The position numbers were made by a program, and so were the translations under genes. Under the pieces are notes generated by a model. That model searched no databases and had not been told where the DNA came from. It worked only from the letters and a program-made list of their open reading frames with translations. From a virus (taxonomy: Duplodnaviria; Caudoviricetes), in the IMG/VR virus record IMGVR_UViG_3300044998_001139, positions 1 through 55,605 of that record: a stretch of DNA of 55,605 nt. One strand, written 5' to 3'. Numbering within the stretch: the stretch's first letter is position 1; each line of letters begins with the position of its first letter. Shown here piece after piece: positions 9,131 through 17,962 of the stretch.

Positions 9131-9457
9131 ATGGCCTATTCATTGGCACTGGCTGGAGGCTCCGGTAGTACACCGGGCCTCAATTCCGGCATCGGGTTCA
9201 GTTCGACGCCTACCCCTGAAACCACGGCGCTGTCCCAGCGGCGCTTCCTGAGCGAGGTCGAACTCGCCAATCGCTGGGGCATGTCCCCCAAGACCCTCAC
9301 GCGCTGGCGCGGCATGGGCAAGGGCCCCTTTTTCGTCAAGTTCTCGAAGAAGGTCGCCTATCCCCTCGATGGCGAGAACGGGGTGCTCGATTATGAGAAA
9401 CGCCACGTCTATGCCTCGACGTCCGAGCGTGTGCCGGTGAAGGGAGGTCAGTCATGA
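9131..9457 (+). CDS. AlpA/excisionase-like HTH protein
   Basis: FLSEVELANRWGMSPKTLTRWR..GPFFVKF..KVAY. Confidence 0.8.
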   Translation: MAYSLALAGGSGSTPGLNSGIGFSSTPTPETTALSQRRFLSEVELANRWGMSPKTLTRWRGMGKGPFFVKFSKKVAYPLDGENGVLDYEKRHVYASTSERVPVKGGQS

Positions 9458-9936
9458 AAGAACTGACCCTCTACCCAGCCGACCTCGCGGCCATGAGCAC
9501 GGCCCAGTTGGCGGCGCTACCGATCAGCGACTTCGTCGCCGCTGAGCGCAATGTCGATGAGGCCGTCGCTTACCTCAAGCACCTGCGCGCCAAGCTGGAT
9601 ACCGCCAAGCTCCAGCGGTACGGCGAGCAGGCTCGAACGGCCCTGCGCGAATCCGGCCGCGATTTCGGCACCGCCCACATCTGCGACGGGGCGCTGCACG
9701 TCAAGTATGAACTCCCCAAAAAGGTGACCTGGAACCAGGCCATCCTCAAGGAGATGGCCGAGCGCATCGTCGCTGCGGGCGACAAGGTCGAGGACTACAT
9801 CGACATCAAGCTGTCGGTGTCCGAGACCCGCTACAGCAACTGGCCGCAGGCCTTGCAGCAGCAGTTCGCGGCTGCCCGCACGGTCGAGGAAGGCAAGCCG
9901 ACCATCACCCTGACGCTCGATGGGGGTGCCGCATGA
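9454..9936 (+). CDS. Phage hypothetical protein (recombination module)
   Basis: Coupled ORF upstream of the AAA ATPase; ELPKKVTWNQ, KLSVSE. Confidence 0.7.
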   Translation: MKELTLYPADLAAMSTAQLAALPISDFVAAERNVDEAVAYLKHLRAKLDTAKLQRYGEQARTALRESGRDFGTAHICDGALHVKYELPKKVTWNQAILKEMAERIVAAGDKVEDYIDIKLSVSETRYSNWPQALQQQFAAARTVEEGKPTITLTLDGGAA

Positions 9937-10781
9937 AAAAGCTCCCCATCGTGTCCGCCATCGAGCGGATGGCCGAGCGCAAGGGCGTGAAGCTGCTGAT
10001 GCTGGGCAAGTCCGGCATCGGCAAAACCACGCGGCTCAAAGACCTCGACCCGGCCACCACGCTGTTTCTCGACATCGAGGCCGGTGACTTGGCGGTGGCC
10101 GACTGGCCGGGCGACACCATCCGTCCGGCTTCGTGGCCGGAGAGCCGCGACTTCTTCGTGTTCCTCGCGGGCCCAGACAAGTCGCTGCCGCCGGAGGCCG
10201 CGTTCTCGCAGGCGCATTACGACCACGTCGTCGAAAAGTTTGGCGACCCGGCGCAACTCGACCGCTACCAGACCTTCTTCGTCGATTCGATCACGCAGCT
10301 GTCGCGCCAGTGCTTCGCGTGGTGCAAGACGCAGCCGGGCTCCGTCAGCGACCGCACCGGCAAGCCAGACCTGCGCGCGGCATATGGCCTGCTCGGTCAG
10401 GAAATGATCGCGGCGCTGACCCACCTGCAGCACGCACGCGGCAAGAACGTGGTGTTCGTGGCCATCCTCGACGAGCGGCTCGATGACTACAACCGCAAGG
10501 TGTTCGTGCCGCAGATCGAGGGCAGCAAGACCGCCCTCGAACTGCCCGGCATCGTCGACGAGGTCGTCACGCTGGCCGAGATCAAGGCCGAGGACGGTAG
10601 CGCCTACCGCGCGTTCGTCACCCACACCGTCAATCCCTACGGCTACCCGGCCAAAGACCGCAGCGGTCGGCTCGACCTGCTCGAACCGCCCAACTTGCGC
10701 GCGCTGATCGCCAAGTGCGCGGGCGCAACCGCCGCGCCAGCCAGCGCCGCCACCCCCAAACACATCGAATCTCAGGAGTAA
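9933..10781 (+). CDS. AAA_24/Sak4-like ATPase
   Basis: Walker A GKSGIGKTT, LFLDIEAG, Walker B FFVDSIT, AKDRSG. Confidence 0.8.
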   Translation: MKKLPIVSAIERMAERKGVKLLMLGKSGIGKTTRLKDLDPATTLFLDIEAGDLAVADWPGDTIRPASWPESRDFFVFLAGPDKSLPPEAAFSQAHYDHVVEKFGDPAQLDRYQTFFVDSITQLSRQCFAWCKTQPGSVSDRTGKPDLRAAYGLLGQEMIAALTHLQHARGKNVVFVAILDERLDDYNRKVFVPQIEGSKTALELPGIVDEVVTLAEIKAEDGSAYRAFVTHTVNPYGYPAKDRSGRLDLLEPPNLRALIAKCAGATAAPASAATPKHIESQE

Positions 10782-10786
10782 TCGCC

Positions 10787-11413
10787 ATGACCAGCAACTG
10801 GAACGACTTCAATGACGCCGAACAGCAGCAAGGCTTCGACCTCATCCCCAAGGGCACGCTGGTACCGGTGCGCATGACCCTCAAACCGGGCGGTTATGAC
10901 GACCCGTCGCAGGGATGGACGGGCGGCTACGCCACCGAGTCTTTCGAGACCGGCTCGATCTACCTCGCCGCCGAATTCGTGGTCACCGCCGGTGAGCACG
11001 CCAAGCGCAAGATGTGGAGCAACATCGGCCTTCACTCCAAGAAGGGGCCGACCTGGGGCCAGATGGGGCGCAGCTTCATTCGCGCCGTGCTCAACAGCGC
11101 ACGCAACGTTCATCCGCAAGACAACAGCCCGCAGGCCGCCGCCGCGCGGCGCATCCAGGGCTTCCATGAACTGGACGGTATCGAGTTTCTGGCCCGCGTG
11201 GACATCGATAAGGACGCCAAGGGCCAGGACCGCAACGTGGTCAAGCTCGCGGTCGAACCCGACCACCCCGAGTACGCCAAGCTCATGGGCGTGCCGCCCA
11301 AGGCCAAGACCGGCGGCGGCACCTCGGGCGCTCCGGCACAGGCAGCACCCGCGTATCAGACCTCGGCTACGCAACGCGCACCCGTGACGGGCAAACCGTC
11401 GTGGGCGCAGTGA
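10787..11413 (+). CDS. Putative phage single-stranded DNA-binding protein (DUF669-like)
   Basis: DFNDAEQQ..DLIPKGT start; low-complexity tail ending KPSWAQ; follows the Sak4-like gene. Confidence 0.6.
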   Translation: MTSNWNDFNDAEQQQGFDLIPKGTLVPVRMTLKPGGYDDPSQGWTGGYATESFETGSIYLAAEFVVTAGEHAKRKMWSNIGLHSKKGPTWGQMGRSFIRAVLNSARNVHPQDNSPQAAAARRIQGFHELDGIEFLARVDIDKDAKGQDRNVVKLAVEPDHPEYAKLMGVPPKAKTGGGTSGAPAQAAPAYQTSATQRAPVTGKPSWAQ

Positions 11414-11424
11414 GGGAGGAGGCC

Positions 11425-12282
11425 ATGAACGTATCCATGCTCACTGCCAGCCACTACGGCGTCGTGCATTTCGGCGATCTCGACTGCGAGGCGGTCGTGC
11501 TCACCACCGGCGAGCGCGGCTACGTCCAGCGCCAACTGGCGCGTGCCTTGGGTCTGCGGGACAAAAGTCCGGGTACGCAAATCGGCGCCTTGATCCGTGA
11601 ATTCGCCGCTAACTCCTTGTCAGTATTCGAGAAACAAGGGTACGCAAAGGTGCGCCTGCCGTCCGGTCAGACCGGGACGTTCTTCCCCGCGGGCATCCTG
11701 AGCGACGTTGCGCTCGGCATCATCGAGGCCGCGCTGCAAGGGCGTCTGCATGCCAAGCGAAAGCACATCATCCCCAACTGCCAGAAGATTCTCTCAGCGC
11801 TGGCCACCACCGGCGAAATTGCGCTGATCGACGAGGCCACCGGCTACCAGCACCACCGCGCACCGGATGCGCTGCAGGAGCTGATCTCCAAGTTGCTGCG
11901 CAAATCCTGCGCATCGTGGGAGCGGCGTTTTCACCCGGATTACTACCGCGCCATCTATCGGTTGTTCGGCTGGAAGTACCACGGCCACGACCAGAACCCG
12001 CCGCATGTCGTCGGCCAGATCACGCTGCGCTGGGTCTACGGGCCGGTGCTGCCGGAAGACTTGCTGGGCGAGATCCGCAGTCGCAAGGGCATCTCGCAGA
12101 AGCACCACCAGTGGCTGTCCGATCAGGGACTCGCACATCTGGAATCGCAGATTCACGCGGTCACGGCGATTGCGCGCAGCTCGATGAGCTATCCCGACTT
12201 CAAGCGCCGCTGCGAGGCCGCCTTTGCTGGCGCTGCCCTGCAGTTGGGCCTGCTGCTCGATGAACTCGAGGAGGGGGCGTGA
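11425..12282 (+). CDS. P63C-domain (antirepressor-like) protein
   Basis: ALIDEATGYQ..ALQELI..WERRFHPDYYRAIYRLFGW..KHHQWL; RBS GGAGG. Confidence 0.8.
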   Translation: MNVSMLTASHYGVVHFGDLDCEAVVLTTGERGYVQRQLARALGLRDKSPGTQIGALIREFAANSLSVFEKQGYAKVRLPSGQTGTFFPAGILSDVALGIIEAALQGRLHAKRKHIIPNCQKILSALATTGEIALIDEATGYQHHRAPDALQELISKLLRKSCASWERRFHPDYYRAIYRLFGWKYHGHDQNPPHVVGQITLRWVYGPVLPEDLLGEIRSRKGISQKHHQWLSDQGLAHLESQIHAVTAIARSSMSYPDFKRRCEAAFAGAALQLGLLLDELEEGA

Positions 12283-12779
12283 AATGCTGGGTCTGCAAAC
12301 GACAGGCCCGGGGCTACGGCCACACCGACAACCGCCACGGTGTGGGCGACCCCCGGCGCTATCCCATCGACTGGGTGTTCTGTTCCCGTCGCTGCCAGGA
12401 AGCGTTTCACGCGCTGTACGGCAACTGGCTACGGGCCAGGGAAGGTCGCATCGACAAGACGGAGGTCGCCATGATCGATCCGTCTGATGTCGAACTTGCC
12501 GCGATGAAGACGTGCCTCAAGGCCTTCGGCGAGGCAGCGGGCGAGATCGGCTTCGCCAAGGCGCTGGGCGATTACTCCGAAGCCGAGGCCCTGCGGGTGA
12601 TCGACGCCATCGTCACTTGCTGGTCGGACGCAATGGTCGCGCACCACGAGTCAAGCAAGTTTCCGCCCGTGCGGGGCTTGCCGCCCACGCCCGATCCGCT
12701 GGCACTCGATGCCGCCAATCCGTTCACGGATCTGGAGGACGACCTGCCCTGGGAAGAACCGAAGGGGAAGAGGCCATGA
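12279..12779 (+). CDS. DUF6511-like phage protein with N-terminal Cys motif
   Basis: KCWVC..FCSRRC; GTGA/ATGA coupling. Confidence 0.65.
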   Translation: MKCWVCKRQARGYGHTDNRHGVGDPRRYPIDWVFCSRRCQEAFHALYGNWLRAREGRIDKTEVAMIDPSDVELAAMKTCLKAFGEAAGEIGFAKALGDYSEAEALRVIDAIVTCWSDAMVAHHESSKFPPVRGLPPTPDPLALDAANPFTDLEDDLPWEEPKGKRP

Positions 12780-13510
12780 TGGACTTCAATTCCTCATCGA
12801 GCATCGCGGGCCAGGTCACCGCCTTGGTCGACGCCGGGTTGCAGCAGGCCCGCGCTCGTCAGTCTGAGCGCCAGTACCTCGGGGCCTCGCGCCTCGGGGT
12901 GGCCTGCGAGCGCGCGCTGCAGTTCGAGTACGCCAAGGCGCCCATCGACCACGGACGGGACACCCCGGGCCGGATGCTGCGCATCTTCGAGCGTGGCCAT
13001 GTCATGGAGGACTGCATGGTCGCGTGGCTGCGGGACGCAGGCTTCGACCTGCGCACGCGCAAGGCGGACGGCGAGCAGTTCGGCTTCTCGGTGGCCGATG
13101 GCCGACTGCAGGGCCACATCGACGGCGTCATCGTCGCGGGCCCCGAGGGCTTCGCCTATCCCGCGCTCTGGGAGTGCAAAGCCTTAAGCAACAAGTCCTG
13201 GCGCGAGCTGGAGAAAAAGGGCTTGGCCATCGCCAAGCCCATCTATGCCGCGCAAGTGGCGATTTACCAAGCCTATCTCGAACTGCACGAGCATCCGGCG
13301 ATCTTCACGGCGCTCAACGCCGACACGATGGAGATCTACACCGAGCTCGTGCCCTTTGACGCGGCGCTGGCCCAACGCATGTCGGACCGGGCGGTGAAGG
13401 TCATCACGGCGACTGGGGCGGGAGAACTCCTGCCACGCGCCTTCCATGACCCGACCCACTTCGAATGTCGGATGTGCGCGTGGCAAGACCGTTGCTGGAG
13501 AGAGCAATGA
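12776..13510 (+). CDS. Cas4-like PD-(D/E)XK exonuclease
   Basis: YLGASRLG.AC, GHIDG, WECK, QVAIYQ, C-terminal CRMC..DRC (Fe-S cysteines). Confidence 0.8.
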   Translation: MMDFNSSSSIAGQVTALVDAGLQQARARQSERQYLGASRLGVACERALQFEYAKAPIDHGRDTPGRMLRIFERGHVMEDCMVAWLRDAGFDLRTRKADGEQFGFSVADGRLQGHIDGVIVAGPEGFAYPALWECKALSNKSWRELEKKGLAIAKPIYAAQVAIYQAYLELHEHPAIFTALNADTMEIYTELVPFDAALAQRMSDRAVKVITATGAGELLPRAFHDPTHFECRMCAWQDRCWREQ

Positions 13511-13719
13511 ACCATACCCAATCGCACGTACCTACGGCGGAACCGATGGTAGGGGCGCGCCACGCTGCCCGTCTGCTCAATCTTCCGCCGTACTACTTCA
13601 CCAAACCTCGGTGCCGCGTCTCGAAGCGGATTCCTCATTACCGGATTGGCCAGATGGTTCGATTCCGGATGTCGGAGCTCCGGGCATGGGCAGTTGCGCA
13701 AGGAGACGCTCATGAGTGA
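13507..13719 (+). CDS. Small excisionase-like HTH protein
   Basis: AARLLNLP..RIPHYRIGQMVRFRMSELRAW. Confidence 0.7.
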   Translation: MNHTQSHVPTAEPMVGARHAARLLNLPPYYFTKPRCRVSKRIPHYRIGQMVRFRMSELRAWAVAQGDAHE

Positions 13720-14308
13720 CTACCGTGTTCGCATCACCGTGCGCAATGCCCGTTTGCTGCGCGCCATTGAGCGGGCGGGTCACAGGCCGGGCGCACCGTT
13801 TGCTGCCGCCGTCGGCATCAGCTACTACGGGGCACTGTTGCCCTACCTCAATCTCACACGCTCGCCGCTGACACCGGATGGGTTGTTGCGGGAATGTGCA
13901 TGGGCCTTGTGCGACTTTCTGAACGCATCCCCCTCCGATCTGTGGTCGGATGCCCAGCTCCGACCACTGGAGACAAACCATTCCAGCGTCGATCTGGATG
14001 CAGACAGCGTGCAAGCCCTGGCCTGTGGAACGGCATCTGCCGACCCGCTGCGGCTCGCCAGCCACGCGCAGGCAGGTCGCATCATCCAGGACGCCCTCGA
14101 TTCGCTGACACCGCGTGAGGCGGATGTGATCCGCGAGCGCTTCTTTGCGGGATCGTCGCTCGACGAAATCGCCGAGAAGATGAAGGTCACGCGCGAGCGC
14201 GTCCGTCAGATCGAGGGGAAGGCGCTGCGCAAGTTGCGCCACGAATCTCGCATCCCGCAGGAGCTGGCCGGTGTCGCCGATGTGATCGGAGGTGCTGCCG
14301 ATGCTTGA
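13712..14308 (+). CDS. Protein with C-terminal sigma70 region 4 and N-terminal HTH-like segment
   Basis: LTPREADVIRERF..SLDEIAEKMKVTRERVRQIEGKALRKLRH closely resembles RpoD region 4. Confidence 0.8.
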   Translation: MSDYRVRITVRNARLLRAIERAGHRPGAPFAAAVGISYYGALLPYLNLTRSPLTPDGLLRECAWALCDFLNASPSDLWSDAQLRPLETNHSSVDLDADSVQALACGTASADPLRLASHAQAGRIIQDALDSLTPREADVIRERFFAGSSLDEIAEKMKVTRERVRQIEGKALRKLRHESRIPQELAGVADVIGGAADA

Positions 14309-16592
14309 CTTCAATGACACCCCAAAACCAGTCGAGCCCACGCGCATCCTTGATGACAGCGAACGCGAAGAACTGCGTGCCGAACTGCTCGCGCGTCTTG
14401 AATCCGTTCTGATCGCCTTGTTCCCAGCGGGCAAGAAGCGCCGTGGCAAATTCCTGATCGGTGATGTGCTGGGCAGTCCTGGCGATAGCCTCGAGGTGGT
14501 GCTCGATGGCGAGAAGGCCGGACTGTGGACGGATCGCGCGACGGGCGATGGCGGCGACATCTTTTCGCTAATCGCCGGGCATTCTGGCCTCAACATCCAT
14601 ACCGAGTTCAGTCTTGTTCTGGGTGCGGCTGCTGATCTGCTCGGTCGCGCCCGCGAGATGCCAGTGCGCCGATCCCGCAAGAAGGACGCGCCGGTGGACG
14701 AACTCGGCCCAGCCACCGCCAAGTGGGATTACCTCGATGAGGCGGGCCGTCTCATCGCCGTCGTCTACCGCTACGACCCACCCGGTCGCAAGAAGGAGTT
14801 TCGGCCCTGGGATGCCAAGCGGCGCAAGATGACGCCGCCCGAGCCGCGCCCGCTGTACAACCAGCCAGGAATGACCCGTGCCGCGCAAGTGGTGCTGGTC
14901 GAGGGCGAGAAGTGCGCGCAGTCGCTGATCGACGCGGGCATCGTGGCCACCACCGCGATGCACGGCGCGAACGCTCCGGTCGACAAGACCGACTGGTCGC
15001 CGCTGAAGGACAAGGCCGTGCTGATCTGGCCCGACCGCGACAAGCCGGGCTGGGAGTACGCAGCACAAGCCGCACAGGCGGTGCTGGCAGCAGGCGCAAA
15101 GTCCTGCCACATCCTGTATCCGCCCGAGGAGGCGCCGGAGGGTTGGGATGCGGCGGACGCCATCGCCGAAAGCTTCGACGTCGCCACCTTCCTCACTCAC
15201 GGCCCGCGCCTGCAGATGCACGACGTGGCCGATGTCGACGAACCGGTGGTCGGCAGCGACGAGTCCGTATGGGGTACGGAGGATGCGCTGGCGCTGGCCT
15301 TCACCCGCCGCTACCACCGGGATTGGCGCTATGTCGCGGCGTGGGGCCGTTGGCTGGTGTGGGATGGCCAACGCTGGCGCACCGAGGACACGCTGGCCGC
15401 CACCGATCTGATCCGCAGTGTCTGCCGCCAGACCGCCGTGCGCGCTGACAACCCCAAGGTCGCGGCCAAGTTGGCCAGCGCCAGTACGGTTGGCGGCGTC
15501 GAGCGACTGGCGCGTGCCGACCGCAGGCATGCGGCCACCACCGACGAGTGGGATGCCGATCCGTGGCTGCTCAATACGCCCGGTGGCGTGGTCGATCTCA
15601 AAACCGGACGCAAGCGGCCAAATGAGCGCTCTGACCGGATGACCAAGATCACCACGGCCACCCCGGACGGCGAATGTCCGCAGTGGATGGCATTCCTGGC
15701 CGACATCACGGGCGGCGATGTTGATCTGCAGTCGTATTTGCAGCGCATGGTCGGCTACTGCCTGACAGGGGTCACCAGCGCGCACGCCTTGTTCTTCCTG
15801 TACGGCACCGGTGCCAACGGCAAGAGCGTATTCGCCAACGTCATCAGCACCATCCTCGGCGACTACGCCGCCACCGCCTCGATGGACACCTTCGTCGAAA
15901 CCCGTGGAGACCGCCATCCGACCGATCTGGCAGGCCTGCGTGGCGCGCGTTTCGTGACCGCCATCGAAACCGAGCAAGGCCGTCGCCTGAACGAATCCAA
16001 GGTCAAGGCCATCACGGGCGGAGACAAGATTTCTGCGCGCTTCATGCACAAGGACTTTTTCGAGTACACGCCGCAGTTCAAACCGGTGATCGTGGGCAAC
16101 CACAAGCCCGCCATCCGCAACATCGACGAGGCAATAAAACGGCGGATGCACCTGATTCCTTTCACGGTGACGATTCCACCTGAGCGGCGCGATCCGCGTT
16201 TGACGGAAAAGCTGCTGGCCGAACGGGACGGCATCCTCGCATGGGCCGTGGCCGGGTGTCTTGCGTGGCAGCGCGAAGGCTTGAAGCCACCCGCCAGCGT
16301 TGTGTCGGCAACCGAGGAGTATTTCGAGGCCGAGGACGCGCTGGGCCGCTGGATTGACGAGCGCTGTGTGCGGGAGGCCAACGCCAAGTCACTGACTGCA
16401 GAGCTGTTCACGGATTGGAAGCAGTGGGCCGAGGCATCGGGCGAGTTCATCGGCTCGCAGCGACGTTTCTCCGATCTGCTGATCACCCGCGGACTCGAGA
16501 AGTGGCGCAACAGCATGGGCGTGCGCGGATTCCGGGGCATTGGCCTCAAGCATCCGCCGATGCCTGCCTATACGCCCTATGCGGACGACTGA
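14301..16592 (+). CDS. P4-family primase-helicase (TOPRIM + D5/SF3)
   Basis: LVEGEK, IWPDRDKPG, GTGANGKS, GARFV..E, NHKP. Confidence 0.9.
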   Translation: MLDFNDTPKPVEPTRILDDSEREELRAELLARLESVLIALFPAGKKRRGKFLIGDVLGSPGDSLEVVLDGEKAGLWTDRATGDGGDIFSLIAGHSGLNIHTEFSLVLGAAADLLGRAREMPVRRSRKKDAPVDELGPATAKWDYLDEAGRLIAVVYRYDPPGRKKEFRPWDAKRRKMTPPEPRPLYNQPGMTRAAQVVLVEGEKCAQSLIDAGIVATTAMHGANAPVDKTDWSPLKDKAVLIWPDRDKPGWEYAAQAAQAVLAAGAKSCHILYPPEEAPEGWDAADAIAESFDVATFLTHGPRLQMHDVADVDEPVVGSDESVWGTEDALALAFTRRYHRDWRYVAAWGRWLVWDGQRWRTEDTLAATDLIRSVCRQTAVRADNPKVAAKLASASTVGGVERLARADRRHAATTDEWDADPWLLNTPGGVVDLKTGRKRPNERSDRMTKITTATPDGECPQWMAFLADITGGDVDLQSYLQRMVGYCLTGVTSAHALFFLYGTGANGKSVFANVISTILGDYAATASMDTFVETRGDRHPTDLAGLRGARFVTAIETEQGRRLNESKVKAITGGDKISARFMHKDFFEYTPQFKPVIVGNHKPAIRNIDEAIKRRMHLIPFTVTIPPERRDPRLTEKLLAERDGILAWAVAGCLAWQREGLKPPASVVSATEEYFEAEDALGRWIDERCVREANAKSLTAELFTDWKQWAEASGEFIGSQRRFSDLLITRGLEKWRNSMGVRGFRGIGLKHPPMPAYTPYADD

Positions 16593-16613
16593 CTCCTATG
16601 AAAACCATGCTGC

Positions 16614-16705
16614 CTGACACAACCGACACATTTGCACTAAATCACGCTACACGCGTGCGCGCGCACGTGTAGAGAAGTTATGTGCGACTGCGCCAGTTGC
16701 GTCAG
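16614..16705. other. Candidate replication origin: nested co-centred inverted repeats
   Basis: 17-bp imperfect arms (16614-16630, 16689-16705) share their centre with palindrome CTACACGCGTGCGCGCGCACGTGTAG (16647-16672). Confidence 0.5.
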
Positions 16706-16731
16706 ATCGGCAAGAAACCGGGACTGACTTT

Positions 16732-17208
16732 ATGACCACGACCCTCCTTGCCCTCGATCTGGGCACTACCACCGGCTGGGCGCTGCGTGGACCCGACGGC
16801 CACATCACGAGCGGCTCCGAGAGCTTCCGGCCGCAACGCTTCGAAGGCGGTGGCATGCGCTATCTCAGGTTCAAACGCTGGCTCACCGAGATCAAGCAAT
16901 CCTGCGACGGCATCGACTGCCTGCACTTCGAAGAAGTGCGCCGCCACGTCTCGACCGACGCCGCTCACGCATATGGCGGGTTTCTGGCCACGCTTACCGC
17001 CTGGTGCGAGCACCACGGCATCGCCTACCAGGGCGTACCGGTGGGCACGATCAAGAAGCACGCCACCGGCAAAGGCAACGCCAGCAAGGACGAGATGATG
17101 GCGTCCGTCCTTACCCGCGGTCACAGCCCCGCCGACGACAACGAGGCCGATGCGCTGGCCCTACTGTACTGGGCTATCGAACACCACGACTTCGAGCAGG
17201 AGGCGTGA
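16732..17208 (+). CDS. RuvC-like Holliday junction resolvase
   Basis: LLALDLGTTTGWA, FEEVR, IKKHATGKGNASK, DNEADALA. Confidence 0.8.
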   Translation: MTTTLLALDLGTTTGWALRGPDGHITSGSESFRPQRFEGGGMRYLRFKRWLTEIKQSCDGIDCLHFEEVRRHVSTDAAHAYGGFLATLTAWCEHHGIAYQGVPVGTIKKHATGKGNASKDEMMASVLTRGHSPADDNEADALALLYWAIEHHDFEQEA

Positions 17209-17209
17209 T

Positions 17210-17632
17210 ATGGCGCGTAACGACTGGACGATCGAGGACGTGGCAGCCCGCTTCGAAGAGGCCGCCAGCACTGGGCGACGCCTGCCCCCGGTGCGGGTAC
17301 AAGGCTATTTCAACACTTGGCCGGCCTTCGTCCGCCAAGAGTGGGAGGCATTCGCAGCTGACGAGAAGGTCTACCGCGCGTTCCCACCGAGCCCCGAGGC
17401 CATCGACCGGATGCTGGAGACGATGCGCTGGGTGCAGTGGCTGGAAGTCGAGCAGCGCCACCTGGTGTGGATGCGGGCCAAGCGCTACGGCTGGCGCGAC
17501 ATCACGATCCGCTTCGCCTGCGACCGCACTACGGCGTGGCGGCGCTGGCAGAAGGCCTTGCAGACAGTGGCCGACCATCTCAACCGCCGCGTCGTCAAAG
17601 GATCGTGTTTGAACGCGAATGGGCGTGGATAA
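17210..17632 (+). CDS. DUF6362-like HTH protein, probable late-gene regulator
   Basis: WMRA..WRDITIRFACDRTTAWRRW HTH; occupies the Q-like slot before cos and the late genes. Confidence 0.6.
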   Translation: MARNDWTIEDVAARFEEAASTGRRLPPVRVQGYFNTWPAFVRQEWEAFAADEKVYRAFPPSPEAIDRMLETMRWVQWLEVEQRHLVWMRAKRYGWRDITIRFACDRTTAWRRWQKALQTVADHLNRRVVKGSCLNANGRG

Positions 17633-17761
17633 GCTGTCATACGCTGTCATCGGCAACCAGCATCGGTTTTTGCCCCTGCAACAAAGCAAGCCGATCAGGG
17701 GTAGTATTTCAGCTATCTTCTGGACAGCAGTGACGGTTGAGGGGACGGCCCAAGGCAAAAG

Positions 17762-17888
17762 GGGTCCTTCTTGCCGAAAGTCCCATGCGGGGGGCGCGAG
17801 CGCGGCATCGCCCTAGCGTCAGGGCGCCAAGCAGGTTACCACCCGGCCAGGTTACCGGCCCCGGTTACCACCCCGCAGAACGGTGACC
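17762..17888 (+). other. Lambda-like cos region (cosQ, cosN-like site, repeated cosB-like boxes)
   Basis: GGGTCCT (17762-17768), then TGCG-GGGGGCGCGAG-CGCGG, then four GGTNACC boxes; GpA-type terminase downstream. Confidence 0.6.
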
Positions 17889-17914
17889 GCTCCACCCGAA
17901 CCCGAACTCACATG

Positions 17915-17950
17915 ACCCGCCTGGCGGCAACGCCCGGCGGGTTTTGCTTT
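17915..17950 (+). terminator. Terminator-like hairpin ahead of the late operon
   Basis: ACCCGCCTGGCG-GCAA-CGCCCGGCGGGT followed by TTTGCTTT. Confidence 0.55.
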
Positions 17951-17962
17951 TGGACTTCTCCC

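Noticed and set aside
12776-13510. CRISPR-Cas locus suggested by the Cas4-like gene
   Set aside because: No cas1/cas2 or array; such nucleases are common in phage recombination modules.
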